The notes under the pieces: generated by a model
The model's input: only the letters and a program-made list of their open reading frames with translations
Database searches by the model: none
What the model was told of the DNA's origin: nothing
DNA from: a virus
Virus record (IMG/VR): IMGVR_UViG_3300025108_000029
Location: 1-64,000 of that record
Strand: one strand, 5' to 3'
DNA length: 64,000 bases
In this document: positions 18,879-26,700 of the stretch, in pieces
Numbering within the stretch: the stretch's first letter is position 1
Layout: every line of letters starts with the position of its first letter
Program-made: the position numbers and the translations under genes

Positions 18879-19199
18879 ATGACACGCTGTTCTTGCTGTC
18901 ATGATGTTCTTATTGTAAAGAACTTGAATCGCTGGTTCAAAGAAAAGTGGGTAGATGTATCACGCAAGAACAAAGACGGTAAGCATCCACCATGCGGGCG
19001 TTCTAAAGCAAGTAAATCAAGCAAAGGCTATCCTAAGTGTAGGCCAAGTGTCAAAGTCAGTGGTAAAACGCCAAAGACCAGCGGCTCAATGTCCGAGGGT
19101 CAAAAGCGAGCCGCTACAAAACGCAAGCGAGCCAAAAAGCAAGGCGTAGGTGGTAAGCCTACAATAGTCAAGAGTGTTTTGGTGGTAAGGACTAAATGA
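18879..19199 (+). CDS. Small highly basic phage protein (RWFKEKWVDV...PCGR...YPKCRP)
   Basis: Motif pattern widespread in marine phages; K/R-rich. Confidence 0.8.
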   Translation: MTRCSCCHDVLIVKNLNRWFKEKWVDVSRKNKDGKHPPCGRSKASKSSKGYPKCRPSVKVSGKTPKTSGSMSEGQKRAATKRKRAKKQGVGGKPTIVKSVLVVRTK

Positions 19200-19220
19200 T
19201 AGGACAATGAGGTAGTCAAT

Positions 19221-20519
19221 ATGTGGGGTAGTGCAATCGTTGGGGATGTGTATGATGCACCTGCTATTGTTGGTGATGACTTCACTAAAAGTGTGTACAA
19301 CACTCTCACTCAACATCCCGATTATGTGCATAAGTCTGTACCGGTCAAAAAAGAATCAAGTTTATTTTTTAATGAAGAGATAAAATCATATAACTTTCCC
19401 AAAAATGGTGATGGTTGGCTTGAGTCAACATACGGTAAAAACGCAGATTCTATAATTCGTATGTGTCGTAAAATGCGAAGAAACGACAAAAGTAATCGAG
19501 ATATGATTGATGCTATTATTGATGATGTGAGAACCATAAAAGCAATGGAGGTTGAAGCAACAATTAACAATTTATCATGGAGTGATGGACTACATGACAC
19601 TATTCGCTACATGGGGTTAAACGACCGTTCATTAAAATCACTGCGAAAGTTTGGAGAGTCGAGAAGCACAGGACTTCAACAGGCTTGTCAAATGTTCTTG
19701 AAAGCCACATCTGTTCTTTCTATGTTAAATGAAATGGATGATTGGGGTGTAGAAGAACAAGAAAATTGGGTTGATGCTATGCAGATGCGTAAGGATGCTC
19801 AAAAAATGTGGCGTGGAACTTTACATCAAATTGATTCTATTTCAAAAGACGATAAAACAACATTAGAGTTTGTTTCAAAACAATTGGATGAAAACGGTGA
19901 ATTGAATAGTCGTGAAATTGTTCGTCGAGGTGTAGGTGTTCTACACAAGTCCGTTACGCCCAGTAAAGTCGGTATGTTGATAAAAATGTACGGTGAAGAA
20001 TTAGACATATACCGAGGGCATAGTCGTGGCATGTTTGTAAAAATGGGTACAAACGGTTTGATTATCAAAGACATTTGGGCTTATGCGGCAGGTTTTCTTG
20101 ATGCTGATGGTAGTATATTTATCAGTGAAAGAGGTGAACCAAGAGCGACATTTGTAGCAACTGGTGATAGAGGTAAAGACCAATGCGAAAGTTTGCATAA
20201 AGCACTTGGATGTGGTCGTTTAGTCCTTAATCAAAAAATACATAAAAATAGTAACCGAAGTCTTCACCGTCTTGTTTTTCAATCAAAAGACGATTTACGC
20301 CAATTACTCAAAGGTATTCTACCACACTTACAAATGAAATCGCTACAGGCAAAGGCTGTTTTGACATTCATTGATTCAAAAGACAAGTTGAGAAAAGACG
20401 AATTACATAAACTCGTAACCTTCAATAATTGGAAAGATGATAAAAAGAAGGCCGACAACCTCTTGTCTAAGTGGGGCTTGGATGCTGATACCATAGGTGG
20501 ATTTGCGGAGGGATTGTAA
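19221..20519 (+). CDS. LAGLIDADG endonuclease-domain protein with long N-terminal extension
   Basis: Single motif YAAGFLDADGSI in the C-terminal third, then LGCGRL and ILPHLQMK; ~285-aa helical/wHTH-like N-region. Confidence 0.85.
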   Translation: MWGSAIVGDVYDAPAIVGDDFTKSVYNTLTQHPDYVHKSVPVKKESSLFFNEEIKSYNFPKNGDGWLESTYGKNADSIIRMCRKMRRNDKSNRDMIDAIIDDVRTIKAMEVEATINNLSWSDGLHDTIRYMGLNDRSLKSLRKFGESRSTGLQQACQMFLKATSVLSMLNEMDDWGVEEQENWVDAMQMRKDAQKMWRGTLHQIDSISKDDKTTLEFVSKQLDENGELNSREIVRRGVGVLHKSVTPSKVGMLIKMYGEELDIYRGHSRGMFVKMGTNGLIIKDIWAYAAGFLDADGSIFISERGEPRATFVATGDRGKDQCESLHKALGCGRLVLNQKIHKNSNRSLHRLVFQSKDDLRQLLKGILPHLQMKSLQAKAVLTFIDSKDKLRKDELHKLVTFNNWKDDKKKADNLLSKWGLDADTIGGFAEGL

Positions 20520-22294
20520 TGGCAGACGATGATAGTAGAATAAGTAGATTTTTAGGCGCACTTGGGAAACCATTCAAGCGTAAGCAATCCCCAACTCCTA
20601 CCATGCCACTTTGGACAAGTGGTATTCAAGAACCAGTTATGGCGCAAGGAATTACCATACCTGCTTTGTATGCTGTAAGCACAGAATGTTTGATTCTAAG
20701 AACTGTACTTTCAAAAATACGACAAGAGATGTTCCGAAGAGGACATTATTTTGAAAAGCGTTTTCATAAAAAATGTAACGATTGCGGTGAAGAATACCAA
20801 CATGATGTTGAGTCTTGTACTACATGTGGCGGGCAAGTGCGTGACCCCGACCATGATGAATTAACTTATGTGAAATGGTTACTCAATCAAGAAAACAGTA
20901 TGGAACAAGCGTTTATTCATATTCTAAATGAAATTGAAAATGACCTTAATATTGTTGATGATGCGTTCTTAATTTTAGTCAAAGAGTATTATATTGACCC
21001 CGAATCGAAAGAAGTAGCGTTTTTCCGTGTTAAAGAACTTATTCGTGGCGACCCTATTTTCATGCGTATTGTCGCTGACAAGCGTGGTGTTCGTGGTGGG
21101 CGATACAAAGTCTGTCGAATCCATAGGGACCAAGTTAAGACACATGCAGAAAGTGATACCTGTGAAGTATGCGGTAGCGATTTACATGATGTTCATTATG
21201 TCAATATGGCCGGTAGTGGTAAAACACAGTATTTCATTGAAGGTGAAGTGCTTCACTTGAGTAAATACAATCCGTCTAAACTCTATGGTCGTTCACCTGT
21301 CAATACAATGTGGCGACAAGCAATGACACTTACAGCAATGGACAACTACATGTACACTTCTTATCAAAAGCGAAGAATGCCAAAAGGTATTATTTCAGTT
21401 ACGACTGATAACCTTGAGTCAATGAAATCGTTTTGGAAGTCTGTTGATGAAAAAATGGAGCGTGACCCGCATTACATTCCAAAGGTTGGTATTGAAAGTC
21501 AAACAGGCCGTGGTGGTGTCAATTGGATTAAGTTTATGGACACCTTAGAAGAGATGCAATATATCGCTGTTCGTGATGAAATACGCAATCGCATCGCCGC
21601 TTACTTTGGTGTGTCAAGCGTCTTTATGGTTGACAGTGGTAAATCCGGTGGTTTGAGCAATGAAGGTATGCAAATACTTGTTACAAATCGTGCTGTTGAG
21701 TTTGGACAAAAAACTTACACCGAAGTTTTGTTTCCTAAAATGCTGAAACAAATGGGTGTTCACGATTGGAAACTCACACTTTATCCAAATGAAGAAGAAG
21801 ACGAAATCACTCGACTACGCCGTGATGAACAAGAACTCAATGTTGCACAGCGTATGACACAACTTGGATTCACTGCTGATTTAATTGATGGTGAATCAAG
21901 TAGCGATATTCGATTCGTCTATCGTAAACCTCCACCTCAACCAGCCGCACCTCCGGGCGGCGCACCACCTCCGGGCGGCGCACCACCTCCTATGATGCCA
22001 CCGGGCGGCGGTATGCCACCGCCTATGATGGGTGGCGGTATGCCAATGGGTGGCGCACCCATGATGAGAGGTATGCCTCCGGGTATGCCAATGGGTGGTA
22101 TGCCAATGCCACCACCTCAACCGGGTGGACAGGGTATGGGACTTCGTAATAGAGGGCCAGCCGCACCTCAACGCCGTACATCGGCTGGTAGTGGCTCTCC
22201 TGTAACAAGTGTACAACAAAGAGGGCCACAGCCCTCAATAGGACAACAAAATAGTAACGCTCTCATGAATGCAAGAAACTTCAAGGGTGCATAA
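20519..22294 (+). CDS. Portal protein with Zn-ribbon insertions and P/G/M-rich tail
   Basis: Downstream of TerL; HK97-like portal features DLNIVDDAF, LYGRSP, PKGII, IAAYFGVS; CxxC pairs. Confidence 0.88.
   Translation: MADDDSRISRFLGALGKPFKRKQSPTPTMPLWTSGIQEPVMAQGITIPALYAVSTECLILRTVLSKIRQEMFRRGHYFEKRFHKKCNDCGEEYQHDVESCTTCGGQVRDPDHDELTYVKWLLNQENSMEQAFIHILNEIENDLNIVDDAFLILVKEYYIDPESKEVAFFRVKELIRGDPIFMRIVADKRGVRGGRYKVCRIHRDQVKTHAESDTCEVCGSDLHDVHYVNMAGSGKTQYFIEGEVLHLSKYNPSKLYGRSPVNTMWRQAMTLTAMDNYMYTSYQKRRMPKGIISVTTDNLESMKSFWKSVDEKMERDPHYIPKVGIESQTGRGGVNWIKFMDTLEEMQYIAVRDEIRNRIAAYFGVSSVFMVDSGKSGGLSNEGMQILVTNRAVEFGQKTYTEVLFPKMLKQMGVHDWKLTLYPNEEEDEITRLRRDEQELNVAQRMTQLGFTADLIDGESSSDIRFVYRKPPPQPAAPPGGAPPPGGAPPPMMPPGGGMPPPMMGGGMPMGGAPMMRGMPPGMPMGGMPMPPPQPGGQGMGLRNRGPAAPQRRTSAGSGSPVTSVQQRGPQPSIGQQNSNALMNARNFKGA
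21941..22130 (+). repeat. Coding low-complexity repeats (APPPGG / MPPGG / MPMGG) in the portal tail
   Basis: Repeated CCTCCGGGCGGCGCACCA and ATGCCAATGGGTGG units. Confidence 0.8.
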
Positions 22295-22337
22295 AGACTC
22301 TTAAAGAGCGACAACATGGGATAAGGCAGGGCTGAAT

Positions 22338-22694
22338 ATGGATTTAATCAAAATGGACCCAATGGCAAGAAAAATGGAAGAACACCAAAAAGCGTTTATC
22401 ACCGCACTGACAACCGGTGATGCTAATTTGGCAAAACAACATTTGAATGAAGTACGCAAAGTTGCAGACTACCTTTCCGAAGACTTGTCTGCCGCTATTG
22501 CTAAATCGGAAAGTGGACTTTCACAAGGTCCAAACGACATTTACGCAGGTGGCGCACCAGTTATGAAGTTCGACAACCGACCTGCTTCGGCTCAATCTCT
22601 TCAAGGACAGCGACTACAAGGCTCAACTCGTACAGGTGTTAAACCTTCAAACTATACTCGTGTAACTGGTACTTTTGGCCGTTACCAACAATGA
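22338..22694 (+). CDS. Hypothetical head-region protein
   Basis: 118 aa; DLIKM and IAKS motifs. Confidence 0.75.
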   Translation: MDLIKMDPMARKMEEHQKAFITALTTGDANLAKQHLNEVRKVADYLSEDLSAAIAKSESGLSQGPNDIYAGGAPVMKFDNRPASAQSLQGQRLQGSTRTGVKPSNYTRVTGTFGRYQQ

Positions 22695-22704
22695 GGTGTT
22701 TATT

Positions 22705-23040
22705 ATGACTGAACAATCGGATGCGGAACGATTGATGGGTGTCCTTATTACTAAAATGGAAAGCATGGATAATGACCTTGATTCACTCAAGAGAGAAAAC
22801 ATGCGCCTTCAAAAAATGATTTCAAACCCAACTAAAATGCTTAAAAAAATGGGATTAGTCAAAGCAACTACCCCGCTTACAGAAAATGTCATGAACGATG
22901 CATTCCGAAATGACATGACTGATGATTCAATAATGAAAGGGGTAAACTCTTCTGTTCCCCAAACTAATGAAGAGTTCCATAACATGTCGTGGGAGGATAT
23001 TCACGAAATGGCTCTATCAGCAAAAGAGAATGAGGTGTAA
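22705..23040 (+). CDS. Mini scaffold-like protein (C-terminal NMSWEDIHEMA)
   Basis: GAGGTG RBS; coiled coil; C-terminus matches the C-terminus of the protease/scaffold. Confidence 0.7.
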   Translation: MTEQSDAERLMGVLITKMESMDNDLDSLKRENMRLQKMISNPTKMLKKMGLVKATTPLTENVMNDAFRNDMTDDSIMKGVNSSVPQTNEEFHNMSWEDIHEMALSAKENEV

Positions 23041-23042
23041 AC

Positions 23043-23516
23043 ATGAAGCCACGATTTGAACCAATAAGTTACGAAGTTAAACAAATGCTTGAAAAAGCAG
23101 AACGACTAAACAATCGTATAGAATTACTTGAAAAAGCAAAGTGTGATTGTGGTAAAGAGCCATGTAAATGTAAAGACTGTCCTAAATGTGGTTCTAAAAT
23201 GAACAAAATGGGTTGCATGAAAATGGGCTGTGGTGGTAAAATGGAAAAGGCTGACCCTTTGGCTGACCCAAAACCACTTCCAAAAGAAAAAATCACTGAT
23301 GTAAACCCACACATGGTTACTGAATCCGGTGGACAAACAAAAACTGCTTACTATACTACCAACGGTAACACCATTGAATATGAGGATGGTAAACCAAAGC
23401 GAGATAAACATGACAAGAAAGTTGACTTAAGTAAACTCGGTGGCCGCATGAATCCTCATGCTGGTACTGGTGCTGAAAGAGAAGACACAGAAGGCGGAAC
23501 TGAACGAAAGTATTGA
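23043..23516 (+). CDS. Cys/Lys-rich head-region protein
   Basis: CDCGKEPCKCKDCPKC cluster bracketed by LEKA/MEKA. Confidence 0.75.
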   Translation: MKPRFEPISYEVKQMLEKAERLNNRIELLEKAKCDCGKEPCKCKDCPKCGSKMNKMGCMKMGCGGKMEKADPLADPKPLPKEKITDVNPHMVTESGGQTKTAYYTTNGNTIEYEDGKPKRDKHDKKVDLSKLGGRMNPHAGTGAEREDTEGGTERKY

Positions 23517-23525
23517 GGTGGTTAC

Positions 23526-23696
23526 ATGACAAAGGTAGCCATTAAGAAAGCAAATCCAAGTTCCTCGATGCGTGAAGAGAGTGAAAGTGGCGCACCTATC
23601 GCTTGTCGCACATGTGGGGCTAATGCTCGTGAGGGTTGCAAATTGTATGACGGAATGGATATTTTTGCTTGTCCAAAGTTTCAACCGCTATCATAA
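23526..23696 (+). CDS. 56-aa Zn-finger peptide (not in ORF track)
   Basis: GAGGTG RBS; MTKVAIKK...CRTCG...GC...ACPKF. Confidence 0.7.
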   Translation: MTKVAIKKANPSSSMREESESGAPIACRTCGANAREGCKLYDGMDIFACPKFQPLS

Positions 23697-23708
23697 GGCG
23701 GTGAAAAT

Positions 23709-26700
23709 ATGGTAGCAGAACAATTCAATATCGCTAAAGACGAATTACTCCTTTCATTAGCCGATGGTAATGACTTAGCGTTTAGTGCCGCTGAATACAT
23801 TATTGCTTGGGAATCTCTTAACAAAGCCCCTACAGACACACTTTCAAAGTCGTTAAAATATACGGCTGAACTAATTCAAAAAGAAGAAGACAAAGCCGCA
23901 AAAGTAGAAAAAGTCAAGTCCTATAAAGAAGGTCCGGGTTTTCTTCTTGCACATCATCATACTCATGGTGAACAGACAAACCATGTTTGGAAGGACAGTT
24001 TATCGGGTGCTGACAATGTGAGAGAATCTCACGCTGTATGGCCTCGGTATGTACCTACTTCATCTCATCCATATCGAGAGCATAATTATCCTTTTCACCA
24101 TACTAATCACCCTCTTTTGCGAATGGACTCAAGTAAAGGTAATGCTGGTTATGTTGAAGTTTTACGAAGTCATATTTTTGGCGGTCATTCTAAAGAAGAA
24201 GCGCAAATGGAAAAAGAGTTTCAAAAGTATTTAGAAACGAAGAAAAGTCCATTGGTACACGGATATAACGGTAAAAAAATCCTCGGCTCGTTGAGACATC
24301 ATAAATCAAATTATAGCCATCAACATGACCTTTACGAGCGAGATTACCAACGCTGGAATAAACTTAACAGTGATTTGAAAGACCAGTATCTCGCTGATGG
24401 TCGTTCAGCAGAAGAAACTGAAAATCGTTTACGAGTGGACCATTTTAATCAAAGAGCAAAGCAGTGGCAAAGCGGCGGGTATGTTGTAGATGAAAACGGT
24501 GATAATCATGCTGTTGGATTAGGACAAGAGGGGTATCACCTTGGTCTTGAATGGCTTAATCCCGAAGAACGCACAGCCGTAATGCGTCATCTACATGAAA
24601 AAGGAGTTGACAATCATAATGAAATAAAGTTACCAAATGGTGAGTTTATCCCTACGGCTCGATTGACTTGGAACAATTTAATGCGTCGTACACCGGAAAA
24701 GAACTGGGCGTTAAGAGCAAGCGGTCACTTTGGCCCAAACGGTCATTTACGACAAGAAACACTTGAGGGTGACTTTAGACAAGGTGATAACCGTTTTTCA
24801 CAAGGTGTAATCGGAGAGGCGGCTCATACTTATGAAATAGGAGGACAACCAATTTCACATTACATTGCAGAAGCGATACATAATCGCTTTGGGATAGAAC
24901 TGCCCGATGGTGATAATGAAGGAGTCGGGAAACCATTTGACATTCTACCAAGACTCGGTTTACATTCAAAGCCGGTTCAAGACAGTTACTCGTTGAAAGA
25001 CTTACGGGCTGGTACATTTAAACACTATAAAAAATCAAAAGGAATGGACCCGAAGCATACTCGTATGCCAATGGAGGATGTTCTATTCCTTGCAGGTTAT
25101 GACCCTAAAACACGAAAGCCGCTTCTTAATCACCCTATATACGGAGAAATGGATGGTCCGATTATCCCGCTTCATGACTTAGAACAGATGGAGTCGGAGG
25201 CTAAATCTCATGGCTCTTTGTCTTCATTGGCTAAAGAGATGAGAACTGACCTCGCTTATTTACAATCTCCGCATGGTCCTCATCCCGATGAAGAAAAACC
25301 TAAGTTTTGGCGATTTGATAAGGGTGGTAATCATACTATAGGACCAGCAAAGTTTTGGAGTAAACCTTTCGCTCAAGTTGGTGGTGCTGATATGACTTTG
25401 GCTACTTACAATGAGAATGTACACAGTGTTGCTCATAATGAAGACGAATTAACAGAAGAAGAAAAAATCGAACAGGCGTATGCAAACATAGCGAGTAATG
25501 AGCCTGTGGATATTACCGGTGGGGCGCAAAACGAAGACACTGCACACATCCCAACTCCGTTTCAACAAAAAAAGAAAGACATGTCATCCCCCTCTACTTC
25601 GGGGTTATTTGAAGTAAATGAGCAACATCACGGCCAACTACACCCCAATCCAATTAACATGGCTTTAGGGATGCACTTTGGGCCGGAGAAATCAAGAGAA
25701 ATAGGACAAGTTGAAAAACAAAAAGGAGGTGCTACCAAGTTTGTAAGGTTTCAAGACGGTGATATTCTACAAAATCTATTCTCACCTGCTAATGCCTTTA
25801 CAAAAACCAGTAGCGGTGATAAGCATAATTGGACATTACATCAATCAACTTACAACCCTCAACTACTACATTCTCTCCGTACAATGAGTAATGATGAAAA
25901 AAAGAAACTTAAAGTTGATACTATTAAACAAACTTTACATTCACATAATCCATTAAAAACATCTCAACCCGAAAGCACCTATGGAGCGCATACATCGGAT
26001 GCACCTATTGGTGAGAAAGCAAGAGCAAATCATTGGCGAAAAACAATGTTGGGGCAAACATTAGACCCCTACAAACCGCAGAAAAACTCGGTTCAACCAT
26101 TGAAGGACTTAATGAGTGGAAACATTCCTGTAAGTTTTGGAGTGGACCATGAGGATTACATGGATTTTTTGGGGTGGGGTGTTAAACAACCCAATTTTAA
26201 CAATGTAAAAAACTACATTACTTCGCCGGATAGCGCAAAAGCCTTGCGTATTTTGACAGCAATAGCAAAAGAAACTGGGAGTAATTCTCCTAATCGTATT
26301 CTAAACAACATTAACGATTTGACAGAAGACAACCCAATGTATGCTGATATTAAACATCGTATGGAAAAAGAGGGTTCATACCTTAACGACGGGGATATAG
26401 ACGAACTTAAAGGGTGGTTAAATAGTTTTGAAGTACAATTACGGCAGAAAAAGGGTAAAGAGGCGGAAGCGAAAAACCAACGCAGTAAAACCAGCATTCA
26501 AGCAACAGAAGACACAACATTTACTACAAGAACTATTGACTCCGCATTGAAGTTTGGTGGTATGCTTCCTGCAATGCAAAAAGAAAAAGAATTGAGTGAG
26601 CGATTGAATGTTATTACTGAAATGATACAATACATGGATTCACCGGAACAGGTACAATCATTAAGACGGGAATTAGATGAAGGGCAAGTAGAATTGAATA

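Noticed and set aside
19221-20519. Intein or group I intron-encoded endonuclease
   Set aside because: No Cys/Ser start with His-Asn end, and the flanking terL and portal genes are uninterrupted
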